Below, piece after piece: positions 1 through 11,434 of a stretch of 64,000 bases of DNA. Both the position numbers and the translations under genes were made by a program. The notes beneath the pieces were generated by a model. It was not told the origin of the DNA. It did no database searches and saw nothing but the letters and a program-made list of their open reading frames with translations. How positions within the stretch are numbered: position 1 is the first letter of the stretch; each line of letters begins with the position of its first letter. Origin of the DNA: Octopus sinensis (lineage: Eukaryota); the NCBI RefSeq assembly GCF_006345805.1, contig NC_043000.1, positions 20,522,001-20,586,000 of the forward strand, given 5' to 3'.

Positions 1-93
1 CCAGACCTCTGTCAAATCGTCCAACCCATGCCAGCATGGAAAGCAGACGTTAAACGATGATGATGATAATTGTCCTCATCTTGTTTGTTGTTA

Positions 94-137
94 ACACAAT
101 GTTTTGGCTGATATACCCTCCAGCCTTCATCAGGTGT
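94..137 (-). ncRNA. Minimal hammerhead-like motif, inverted copy (decayed)
   Basis: ACAC-CUGAUGA-A-GGCUG..CAGCC-AAAAC-AUU-GUGU. The G12 to A change is at a CpG. Confidence 0.5.
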
Positions 138-312
138 CTTGGGGAAATTTTAAACTTGGGTTCTCATTCCTAGTGGTTAAGAGTGCAGGCTACTAACCCC
201 AAGATTCCAAGTTTGTTTCCAGACAGTGACCTCAATAATAATAATAATAATAACAACAACAACATCGAAAAATACCTTAGAAATGAGAACCCAGGTTCCA
301 AATTTCCCCAAG

Positions 313-356
313 GCACCTGATGAAGGCTGGAGGATATATCAGCCGAAACATTGTGT
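313..356 (+). ncRNA. Minimal hammerhead-like motif (decayed)
   Basis: GCAC-CUGAUGA-A-GGCUG(10 nt)CAGCC-GAAAC-AUU-GUGU. The sister copy at 7141-7184 has GUU at the triplet. Confidence 0.6.
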
Positions 357-521
357 TAACAACAAACAAGATGATGACAAATATCCATCAAAGGTAAATA
401 ATGTATATAATTCCTCATATCTTAAATATAGAACTGTAATATTATAGATACTTATTTCAAAATTTTTATTTTGCTTATCAAACTATGTAAAACATCAAAT
501 ACATTTAAAGCAAAATTTTTT

Positions 522-614
522 CATGGACCCATAAAATACTATTGTGGACCCTATTTACTATTTTGCTTGTGTGGACCCCCAAAATCTTATATGGACCCTG
601 GTTGAGAACCACTG
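522..614. mobile_element. hAT-like terminal fragment
   Basis: Repeated TGGACCC subterminal motif, ending GGTTGAGAACCACTG. Confidence 0.5.
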
Positions 615-969
615 ACCCACATCATCACTTAATATGTTAGAAATAGCAGTCAAATCTCCCTCAAACAACACCCTTTACCATCTTAAAACAGAAAGAACAT
701 ATTGGATAATGTAGTGCTAGACACAGTTATACTTTGGCTGGGAAAACACAGAACGATTATACCTATTTCTTAACTACCCACAAGGGGCTAAACACAGAGA
801 GGACAAACAAGGACAGACAAACAGATAAAGTCGATTATATATCGACCCCAGTGTGTAAGTGGTACTTATTTAATCGACCCCAAAAGGATGAAAGGCAAAG
901 TCGACCTCGGCAGAATTTGAACTCAGAACGTAGCGACAGACGAAATACTGCTAAGCATTTCACCCGGTG

Positions 970-1290
970 TGTGGCTCAGAGATCAGCATATTCAACTCAC
1001 AATTGTAAAGTTGTGAGTTCAATTCACAGTGGTAAACTGTGTCCTTGAGCCAGACACTTTATTTCATCACATAACTCCCGTCCACTCAGCTGGCAAAAAT
1101 ATGTTGTACTTGTAATTCAAAGGGCCCAGCCTTGTCACATTCTGTGTCATGTTGCATCTCCCTGAGAACTACATTAAACGCAAGCATTTCTGTGGAGTGC
1201 TCAGTCACTTGCACATTAATTTCATGAGCAAGCTGTTCAGTTAATCAAATTAACTGAAATGCTCATTATTGTAACCAATGGAAATCCAGG
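970..1290 (+). mobile_element. tRNA-derived SINE (head Q plus tail X)
   Basis: Head matches 22906-23040; tail matches the reverse complement of 14890-15065. Confidence 0.7.
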
Positions 1291-2170
1291 CCACCTTTGA
1301 CCTAGGCCTAGTCTGTCAAGAATCACCTAGGTCTAAACAATATCATCAAGGATAGACTGGATATTTAATCATAGCCAACATATCTGCTCATTATATCAGA
1401 TATACATAACCCTTTATTTTTTTCTTCATTTCATTAATAACTAACTCTTAAAGCTATTAAATTCATTGCATCACAGTTGTCAGAATATTTTATGATTATT
1501 CCTTTCTCGACCCACTCTATCCTTTACAGCACCAGGAACATGCATAAATATCAATTAATAAAAACAGGCCTCCATAAAATCATTAGCTTCTTTGTTTATA
1601 ATTGTTGTTGGTGTTGTTGTTGTTTTAAAATAATTCTCTAAAAATGGGGAATAAAATTTTCCAAATCATCAGATTTGAATTATATCTCTTTTTTTTAATT
1701 TGCATAATGAACTCAAATTTCAGTATTGGTAAATTGAATGGTAGAATTCTCTTGAGGCTAGTGTTTGAATGTTGTCAAAAAAAAAATCTCTTGTTGTATT
1801 AAAACAAACACTAAAAAGCACAAAAATATGGTAAAATGGAATGATCAAATGCTGCTGATTTATGAAAATAAAAGGAATCAAAGAGAAATTCGCATATTGA
1901 AATATTTGTAAATTATCTGTGAAACTGTTGCAAAAGTTAGAAATAAAAAGAAAAAAACACTGATGATAGGCGCAAGTATGGCTGTGTGGTTAAGATGCTT
2001 ACTTGGCAACCTTGTGGTGTCAGGTTCAGTCCCACCAGTGAGCACTTGATAGAACAAATGCCAGTATTTAAAAAATAATTCCTGGGGGTCAATTTGTTTA
2101 ACTAAACCCTTGAAGTTAGTATCCCAGCTTGGCCACCATCCATTGACTGAAACAAGTAAGATGATGATAA

Positions 2171-2540
2171 CATCATCATCATCATCATCATCATCATTCG
2201 CTTTCCATGCTAGCATGGGTTGGACGATTTGACTGAGGGCTGGCGAACCAGATGGCTGCACCAGGCTCCAATCTTGATCTGGCAGAGTTTCTACAGCTGG
2301 ATGCCCTTCCTAACGCCAACCACTTCAAGAGTGTAGCGCTTTTATGTGCCACCGGCATGGGAGTCAGTCAGGTGGTACTGGCAATGACCTCGCTCGAATC
2401 TTTTTACACATGCCACCGGCACAGGTGCCAGTAAGGTGATGCTGGTAACGATCACGCTCGAATGATGCCTTTTATGTGCCATGGGCACGGAAGCCAGTTA
2501 GCCGCTCTGGCAATGATCACGCTCAGATGGTGCTCTTAGC
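2171..2540 (-). mobile_element. RTE-type 3' end with ~60-bp internal repeats
   Basis: GGTTGGCGTTAGGAAGGGCATCCAGCTGTAG ... (GAT)n on the minus strand. Confidence 0.75.
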
Positions 2541-3034
2541 ACAATGATAGTAATTCTTTCTACTATAGACACAAGGCCTGAAAGCTGAGGTGAGGGGGAT
2601 ATTCGATTACTTAAACCTCCGTGCTCCTTGAGTACTTACTCTATTGACCCCAGGAAGGATGAAAGGCAAAGTCCACCTCAGCAGAATTTGAACTCTGAAC
2701 ATTAAGACTGACAAAGTGCCGCAAAGCTATTTGCACACCATGCTAATGGTTCTGCAAGCTTGCCACCTTTAATAACAACAACAACAATAATAATAATAAT
2801 TCTTTCTACTAAAGGCAAAAGGCCTGAAACTTTTGGGTAGAACATTAGTCAATTACATCGACCCCAGTGTTTCACTGGTACTTATTTTATCGACCACAAA
2901 AGGATGAAAGGAAAAGTCAACCCTGGCAGAATTTGAACTCAGAATGTAAAGATGGATGGACGAAATGCTGAAGATGGACGTAAGCATTCTGCTAGCTCAC
3001 TGCCTTTAATAATAATAATGATAATAATAATCGT

Positions 3035-4095
3035 CATCATCTCATCATTTAACATCCATTGTCCATGTTGGCATGGGTTGGACAGTTTGACTGGGCTGGC
3101 ATGCCAGAAGGCTGCGCCAGGATCCAGTCTGATTTGGTATGGTTTTCTATGGCTGGCATGATTTTCTAATGCCAAACACTGCAAGACTGGTTGGTGCTTT
3201 TAGTGAATGCTTTTACGTGCCACTAGCACGGGTGCCATTTGCATAACACTGGTATCTGCCATGACTGCGATTTTGTTTGGCTTGATAGGTCTTCTTCTCA
3301 AGCACAACATAATGCCAAAGGTCTTGGTCATTGCCTCCATGAAGCCCATCATTCGAAGGTGCTTGGCCACTTTGCCTCGTGAGGCCTGCTTGAAAGGAAC
3401 TCAGCCACTTTGCCTCCATGAGGCCCAACACTCAAAAGGTACTGAGCCACTTTGCCTCCATGAGGCCCAACACTCAAAAGGTACTCAGCCACTTTGCCTC
3501 CATGAAGCCCAACATTCAAAGGTTAATTTTTTTTTACATGCCACCAGCACAGGTGCACTTGGCTTGATGGGTCCTCTTAAGCAGAGTACATCGCCAAATG
3601 TCTCAGTCATTAGTCATTGTTTCTATGAGGTTCAAAGTTTGAAGGTCGTTTCACCACCTCATCCCATGTCTTCCTGGCTCTACCTCTACCACAGGTTCCT
3701 TCCGCAGTTAAAGACCGGCACTTTTTTACACAACTGTCCTCATCCATACACATCACGTGACAATACCAGCACAGTTGTCTCTCTTGCACATCACATCTGA
3801 TTCCTTTATACCTAACTTTTCTCTCAAGATGCTTACACTCTATTGAACATGCATACTGACATTGCACATCCAGCAAAGAACACTGGCTTCATTTCTCTCA
3901 AGTCTACTTGCCCATGTTTCACTGCCATGCAGCATAGCTGTTCACACACGGGCATCAAACAATCTGCCCTTCACTCTGAGAAAGAGGCCCTTTGTTGCCA
4001 GCTGGGGTAGAAGCTCTCTGAACTTTGCCCAGCCTTATCTTATTCTCACTGCTACACTCTTGGAACAACCACCTCCACTACTAACCTGATCACCT
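3035..4095 (-). mobile_element. RTE-like LINE 3' fragment
   Basis: C-terminal motifs CWYCHVMCMDEDSCVKK and GRGRARKTWDEVVK, then the 3' UTR and GAT tail. Confidence 0.8.
3399..3522. repeat. Three copies of a 42-bp tandem repeat within an RTE 3' UTR
   Basis: Unit ACTCAGCCACTTTGCCTCCATGAGGCCCAACACTCAAAAGGT. Confidence 0.85.
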
Positions 4096-4307
4096 GACAC
4101 AAGGCCAGCAATTTCAGAGGAGGAATTAAATTGATTACATCAACCCCAGTGTTCAGCTGGTACTTATTTTATCAACTCTGAAAGGATGAAAGGCAAAGTC
4201 AACCATTTGAACTTAGACCATGAAGACAGACAAAATGTCACTAAGCAATTTGCCCGGCATGCTAATGATTCTGCCAGGTTACTGCCTTAATAATAATAAT
4301 ATTAATA

Positions 4308-4826
4308 ACAACAGGAGCACTCAAAGAGCACAAGCCTCTGCCAAGGCAACACCAACATCCTCTCAACAATTAGCCAGAGATGATTTTTAAAATGAGAATA
4401 TCTGAAATAAACTCGATTGCTCTCACGAACAAGAATAGTAAAAATGAACCCAACTATTCTCAATAATTAAGTAATAAAAATGGGAAAATTATCCAGAACC
4501 CTGGATCGATTTTAAAATCTAATCAGTTCATACCAGTTGCATGGCCAAACCTCCCTGAAAGTTTCATCCAAATCCAACCAGCAATTCTTGAGATATTTTG
4601 TCCCCAGAAAAAACAAACATGACTGAAAACAATACCTCTGCCTTGAGATATTTTGTCCCCAGAAAAAACAAACATGACTGAAAACAATACCTCTGCCTTG
4701 AGATATTTTGTCCCCAGAAAAAACAAACATGACTGAAAACAATACCTCTGCCTTGAGATATTTTGTCCCCAGAAAAAACAAACATGACTGAAAACAATAC
4801 CTCTGCCTTTGCTAAGGTGGAGGTAA
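4308..4826 (+). mobile_element. Helentron-associated (HINE/DINE-like) non-autonomous element
   Basis: CCTCTGCCAAGGC near the 5' end; terminal hairpin ACCTCTGCCTT-TGCT-AAGGTGGAGGT; flanked by AAT runs. Confidence 0.55.
4587..4809 (+). repeat. Four identical copies of a 55-bp tandem repeat
   Basis: Units start at 4587, 4642, 4697 and 4752. Confidence 0.95.
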
Positions 4827-5842
4827 TAATAATAATAATAATAATTAACAAAACAACATTGATAAAATGTAAGGGACTAAAAAGAAGCAATGAATTAAGA
4901 GAAGAAAAGTTGTATGGAAGTGAAAAATAGATTGAACAGGAGATTCTTGGATGAAAAGGAATAAACAGGTAAAACACACACACACACATTCATATACATA
5001 CACACACATGCTCACACAGAAATGCATTCATTTATGTCTCTGTTTGTCTATATAGTCATTTATTTATTTACACACACAAACATAAATATGAATTTTCAAA
5101 ATAAATCTAATTTGGTTAACAAGATATTAGATTATGATAAATGAAAGAACAAGATTCAAAATTGATGACAGAAAAATGCTGAACTAAAGTTGGCAAATAT
5201 TTCATTTAATAAAACAGAAGTCAATTGTTGTTAAAAACGAGATAATTCTTCCTGAAATTTAGAATTGCAATTATTTTACAAATTTCATTAAAATAATTTT
5301 ACATTTTAAAGTAGGCAATATATATGCCAACAGTAACCAGAATTCTTTGCATAGAAAATTTATTGAAACATGGAAAGTATGAATGGCTGACATGTCTTTA
5401 AAAAGGACATTACAATGGTAAGATGAAAATTGGCGGTAGACCTCATGGGTATCCACAACTTCATTTTCATGACCATCTCAAGTGGTCTCTCATTTTATGC
5501 AGTGTCCCTCCCAATTGATTAGAGGCCCTGGCTGTTAACCAGAAGGCATGGAAGTCTGTGTATGATGCTGAAGTTGTGAGCCCTTTGAAACTGAATGCAG
5601 GGAAAAAAATTCTGTTGGCTAGCTTTCCTCGATTTCAGCACAACGTGTATTTATAATGAATGTATAATGAAATGTGGAAATTGACGATTTAAAGTCTGTT
5701 CTCAGCATATTGGCATAGAAATAATTTTTCTTTTGCTCTTGTTTATAAGTTGTTTATAAAATTTTAACCTTTAAAGGTATTTTAATATGCTGCCACTTTT
5801 GATGAAATTTTTTTCTGAAAAAAATGTTATCCTATATTAGTA

Positions 5843-5891
<49 letters not shown>

Positions 5892-5897
<6 letters not shown>

Positions 5898-6434
5898 GAA
5901 ATGCAATAAGAGGCTTCCAAATAGGAAAGCCTTGTGCTAGAAAGAGCAGTAGAAAACTCAAAACCACCAAATAAGGATAAATTTTCGAAAGGAATGAAAA
6001 TTAAAAACGTTTACCATCTCAGTTATTTCCCACACCATGGTTTCTAACTATTTCCAGCAAAAAAATATTTGCTGAAGGCTAGTTTCATCAGTGGGACAGC
6101 CTTTCGATTTCAAATACACAACACAGCCAGATCCACATGTAAAACTAACTGCTTGTATATTCTAACTTTTCAGACCACTGCACCGATGCAGATTATACCC
6201 GGCGACAGAGAGGATGCCGGTAAAAATTTCGAACAAATTTATCAGAGAATATTTAAACATAATAAATAACAATAGGGTAATAAGAAATTATTATTACCAG
6301 TGGCCTAACACAAAAACGAATTAGTCATTAGACTATATATTATTTACATAGAAATACAATAAGAGGCTTCCAAATAGGAAAGCCTTGTGCTAGAAAGAGC
6401 AGTAGAAAACTCAAAACCACCAAATAAGGATAAA
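5892..6434. repeat. 90-bp terminal direct repeats bounding a 543-bp unit
   Basis: 5892-5981 vs 6345-6434, one mismatch. Confidence 0.9.
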
Positions 6435-6701
6435 AACATAAACTTGTATAAATGTGTGCATGGATGGGTGTGTGGGTGTATGTGTATGTGTGTCGCTTGT
6501 TTTGACATCATATGATGGTTGTAGAGGAGTGTCATCATTAAACAAGGTCTTTTCCAGTCTTTGATGTAAAACCTGTCTCGCCATGGAGAAATATTACCTT
6601 GCTAAGAAACAGGTAAGGACTGGCCACAAAAAGAACAAACCCACCACAACAAATTCTGTCTGACCCATATTAAAACGATGATGATGATAAGTTTTTCTAC
6701 A

Positions 6702-7080
6702 CAAGCATGACTGTGTGGTAAGAAGCTTGCATGCTAATCACATGGGTCTGGGTTCAGTCCTACTGTGTGGCACCATGGGCAAGTATCTTCTACTGTAACT
6801 TTAGGCCAATCAAAGCCTTGTGAGTGGATTTGGTAAATGGAAACTAAAAGAAGCCCATCATGTGTGTGTCTTTGTGCCTGTGTTTGTCCCTTACCACTAC
6901 TTGACAACTGGTGTTGGTGTGTTTTACATCCTTGTAACTTAGGGGTTTGGCAAAAGAGACTGATAGAATAAATACCAGGTTTTAAAAAACATAAGTATTG
7001 GGGTTGATTCATTCAACTAAAGTTTCTTCATGGCAGTGCTCCAGCAGGGCCACAGTCTAATGACTGAAACAAGTAAAAGA
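6702..7080 (+). mobile_element. SINE family A, diverged copy
   Basis: Colinear with 7812-8212. Confidence 0.75.
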
Positions 7081-7091
7081 AAGAAAAAAGA

Positions 7092-7344
7092 TATATTATT
7101 CATATTTGATGGATATTTGTCCTCATCTTCTTTGTTGTTAAAACAACGTTTTGGCTGATATACCCTCCAGCCTTCGTCAGGTATCTTGAGGAAATTTCGA
7201 TCCTGGATTCTCATTCCTAAGGTATTTCTCAATGTTATTATTATTACTATTATTATTATTGTTCAGGTCACTGCTTGGAATTGAACTCAGAATCTTGGAG
7301 TTAGTAGCCCTCGCTTTTAACCACTACGCCATATGCCCATGGGC
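7092..7344 (-). mobile_element. tRNA-head plus (AAT)n plus hammerhead-tail element
   Basis: A box TGGCGTAGTGG and B box GAGTTCAATTCC, then an AAT run, then the hammerhead motif. Confidence 0.7.
7141..7184 (-). ncRNA. Minimal hammerhead-like motif (decayed)
   Basis: AUAC-CUGACGA-A-GGCUG..CAGCC-AAAAC-GUU-GUUU; same family as 313-356. Confidence 0.5.
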
Positions 7345-7811
7345 CTATTATTTTTTAAATAATCATAAAGTAGTAGTAGTAGTATCGAAGCATGAGCTGT
7401 AATGGTATGTCACTGCATCAATCATTTGTCAGTGATCCCCTATTCCCAATGGATTACACTTTTGCACCACAAAGGCAACAATCCTCCAACCCATGGGTCT
7501 GTTTCGAGTAGTCATCACTGGTGAGGGTTTTATGAAGTCAGAGTACAAATCCTATGTCAGCCCCTTTTACAACTCGCAAAGGAATCATTAGATATATTTT
7601 TTTTTTTATATACCAGTCCCCACACAGCACTTGATTGACATGAAATAAAGTGTTTTGTTCAAGAGCACAACATACCACCCAGTCCAGGAATTGAACCCAT
7701 TGTCTAGTGATCATGAGTGCCACTCCTTAACCATTAGGACATGTGTCTTCATGGTCAAAGAATAAAAATATGTTTGGCTGTGAGTGTTCATACTTATTTA
7801 TTTAATAATAT

Positions 7812-8212
7812 AGGCGCAGGAGTGGCTGTGTGGAAAGTAGCTTGCTTACCAACCACATGGTTCCGGGTTCAGTCCCACTGCGTGACACCTTGGGCAAGTG
7901 TCTTCTACTATAGCTTCAGGCTGACCAAACCTTTGTGAGTGGATTTGGTAGACAGAAACTGAAAGAAGCCCATCGTATATATGTATATATATATATATGT
8001 GTGTGTGTCTGTGTTTGTCCCCCCAACATCACTTGGCAACCGATGTTGGTATGTTTACATCCCCGTAACTTAGTGGTTCGGCAAAAGAGACTGATAGAAT
8101 AAGTACTAGGCGTACAAAGAATAAGTCCTGGGGTTGATTTGTTCGACAAAAGGCGGTGCTCCAGCATGGCCGCAGTCCAATGACTGATACAAGTAAAAGA
8201 GTAAAGAGTAAT
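7812..8212 (+). mobile_element. SINE family A (tRNA-like head, CORE-like segment, internal TA/TG microsatellite)
   Basis: GGCGCAGGAGTGGCTGTGTGG..GGGTTCAGTCCC..CCTTGGGCAAGTG; tail ..GAAACAAGTAAAAGAG. About 20 copies in the window. Confidence 0.85.
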
Positions 8213-8965
8213 AAAAGTAAATGAATTGGAAATGAATTAATCAAATCTTCAAATCATGACAAATAACTTCCAGCCTAATCTTTTTTTTTATTATTTTAAT
8301 AGTAAATTCATTATGGTTGACATTGTTGATATTAATCTGTCTGAGACAATCTTTCTGGTGAAAACGTGGTTTTGATTTCTGGCTTAGGTAGCACATCGTT
8401 TCCTTGAGCAAGGCATTTCATTTCACATTGCTCTAGTCCACTTCGCTGATAATGCATTATTGCTTCAGAGTGGCACCGCACTGACTATTCACCTAAAGCC
8501 TAGCAAATGCATAATGTCAACTTGATGGCTACTATGCACGAGATGATGACGTCGATGGTGATGATGATGGTGATGGTACTTCCAATATCAACTTAATAAC
8601 TGAAATGTTATTTTACTAAATCTCACAAAATTTTTGGTTATTTTCAAAATTAATTGCTACACAAAGAGACAGTATTTCATCATAGAATTATAGTCACAAA
8701 ATGGTTAATGTGTTAAACAGATTTGTATTATGACTGCTGACATATAATAACAATATCTTTATATCATATATTTTATTGATTCACACTAAAGCCAGTGCTT
8801 TGGTTTCATTAAATTCCTTGAACTTAACTGAAACGTGCTATATTATGAGAAACATCTCAGTTCTAATGAAATTGTCATACAAAACCAGACAGAAGAAAAA
8901 AATATTGATCCCATTAAGCATGTAAAACATTATTGATTAATATTAAAATTAGAATGATGAGTTTA

Positions 8966-9466
8966 AGAAATATAGAGGAACAAAACTGCTTGGTAACTAA
9001 AATATCTGACAAACCAACAGATGTTTGTCAGATGAAGAGATCTTGTAAAGCTTATATTTACTATTGTATTCTCAATAATTAATACAGAGAAATTTAAAAA
9101 ATAATAAAGTGATATAAAAGAATGGTCAATTTAAAATTCTTTAAACTTGGACAATAACTTTCTCAGGAATAAAAGAGATAAATGCTCTATCCAGTAAATG
9201 GTAAAATATATATAATTAAAAGTGGTTGTAATGAAATATCTTTGGAAAGCACTCTCTTTTATTCCTGAGAAAGTTTTTGTCCAAGTTTAAAGAATTTTAA
9301 ATTGACCATTCTTTTGTATCACTTTACTTTTTGTGGAATTTCTCTGTATTCATTATTGAAAATACAATTGTAAATATAAGCTTTACAATATCTCTTCATC
9401 TGGCAAACATTTGTTGGTTTGTCAGATATTTTAGTTACCTAGCAGTTTTTATTCATCTATATTTCT
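8966..9466. repeat. ~213-bp diverged inverted repeat with 74-nt spacer
   Basis: Arms 8966-9178 and 9253-9466. Confidence 0.9.
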
Positions 9467-9791
9467 ACCAATGATACATTTTACCATAAAATAAACAATT
9501 TTAGGTTTGGGTTAATGAAACTTTACAGGTTAATCGTTATATTTATCAGCAATATTTTACATATATTTGCAATTCGAAATGGTCACCCTTTGGTTTCATC
9601 ATAGTCTTTGATCTTTCCTCAACTGTTTTATCACCTCACAGTTCTTTTATACCAGTGATTTTCAATGATTGAGAACTTCTGTTCTACAAAATCTTCCTTG
9701 AATTAATTGCTTTTGATGAATTCAAGTTCTCACCAATTTCCTTACCATTTTTCTTTATCACTTATATACAGAAAGTAGCAAAAAAATAATA

Positions 9792-10345
9792 ACTAGCAGT
9801 ATCGCCCAGTGTTGCTTGGGTTTGTTTCAACCCTTTAGAATTAAAATTTTTGAAAAGTAAAAATTTTGCATTGTGTAGCTTGTTATTCTCTTTAAGTGAA
9901 TATCTTTCTGGTTGAAATACACCAAAAAATGGCAACACAGCAGTCAAAACATTGTAAAAAGTAGGAATTTTCATAGAAAAAAAAGCACCTTTTTTATGTA
10001 AATAAATTTTGGTGTTAACATGGTCCAATTTGAATTTTAGAATTGAATTTTTAAAAAGTAAAAATTTTGCATTAAGTGAAAATTTTTCTGGTTGAAATAC
10101 ACTGAAAAATGGCGACACAGCAGTTAAAAAAAATCGTAAAAAATAGAGATTTTCATAGAAAAAAACCCACTTGTTTTATGTAAATAATTTTTGGTGTTAA
10201 CATGGTCCGATTTGAATTTTATCTTCTACGGAAGATCATACTCTCAATTTTGGTCAACTTGCGCCGTAGGGTCTCAGAGGAGATAGTGTTAGTTGAAGGC
10301 TACCAAACCTGCCATACACAGACAACTTCAGCTTTATATATAGAG
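9792..10345. mobile_element. Helitron-like non-autonomous element with ~200-bp internal duplication
   Basis: ACTAG plus hairpin CCCAGTGTTGCTTGGG at one end; ACACAGAC..CTTTATATATAGA at the other. Confidence 0.55.
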
Positions 10346-10747
10346 AGATAACCTCCCAGATTCTATATGCTAGACTCAACAGCTAGCATGTAGAGTGTGC
10401 AAGTTCAAACCATACTGGTAACTGAAAACATTAGTTACATGAAGACACTGCTACTACCAGCTCAAGTTCACCAGTGACAGGATGCAGTAGAAAAACTGTG
10501 GGAGGTTTTTCCACCACATCGTGGCAGAAATATTTTTCATGTTCCAATCATTGTGTTGTTACCATACTGGGGCACTGCTTTGTAGGGTTTAAGTCAAGTA
10601 CATATTTTTTAAAGCCAGGTTCTTATTCTATTGATCGCTTTTGCCAAACCGCTAATTTACCTGGAGATAAACAAAGCAACACTAGTTGTCAATTGGTAGT
10701 GAATGAAACTCAAAGACATGCACATTATACATATATATATATATATT

Positions 10748-11009
10748 ATTATAAATTAGGGTATCTACGAGATACCACCATGCTGAAAATAGCAGCCATG
10801 ATCTGACTCTAAAACCACCTTAAGTGTCCATATAGCAACATGGAGAGAAGACAAAGAGACAAGATGAAACACGGAAAAAATTACAGGTTTCATCTTGTCT
10901 CTTTGTCTTCTCTCCATGTTGCTATATGAACACTTAAGGTGGTTTTAGAGTCAGATCATCGCTGCTATTTTCAGCATGGTGGTATCTCGTAGATACCCTA
11001 ATTTATAAT
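10748..11009. repeat. Near-perfect 123-bp inverted repeat with 16-nt loop
   Basis: Arms 10748-10870 and 10887-11009; two mismatches seen. Confidence 0.95.
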
Positions 11010-11123
11010 TTTAATAATTATTACCTTTGAAGGTTATTTTTTCCATGCTGGCCACTTGATAGGTTTGTTATTTTATTTTAAATTAACGATCTTATCCTTA
11101 TTTATATAAATTTAGACACACAC

Positions 11124-11166
<43 letters not shown>

Positions 11167-11434
11167 GCTTCCATATAGTTTCCATCAGCCAAATTCTCTC
11201 ACAAAGCATTGGTCTGTCTGGGGCTATAGTAGAAGACATTTGCCCAAAGTACCACACAGTCGAATTGAACCCAAAACACCATATGTTTGCAAAGTGAGTG
11301 TCTAAACCACATAGCCATTCTTGCACATATGTATGTAAATATTCAAATATTTTTTTTTTTCAGATGTTATGTTGACAATTTTCTCTAATAACAAATTCTT
11401 ATTATTCTTTTATTCTTTTTTTTTATTTTACAGA

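Larger units (their letters stand above)
71..437 (+). mobile_element. tRNA-head plus hammerhead-tail element with 5' inverted partial copy
   Basis: 171-437 is colinear with the reverse complement of 7092-7344. Segment 71-172 is an inverted copy of the tail. Confidence 0.7.

Noticed and set aside
3207-3800. 197-aa ORF with 14-aa repeats
   Set aside because: Antisense to an RTE fragment; the repeats come from a 42-bp minisatellite.
4587-4809. CRISPR-like regular repeats
   Set aside because: No unique spacers, eukaryotic context, no cas genes.
6070-6110. CTGATGAAAC on the minus strand as a hammerhead
   Set aside because: The core halves overlap and there is no stem II, so it cannot fold as a hammerhead.
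11369-11434. N-terminal hydrophobic extension of the 485-aa ORF, and an alternative acceptor at 11363
   Set aside because: The extension is the polypyrimidine tract of the acceptor at 11433; ATG 11435 is the more plausible start.
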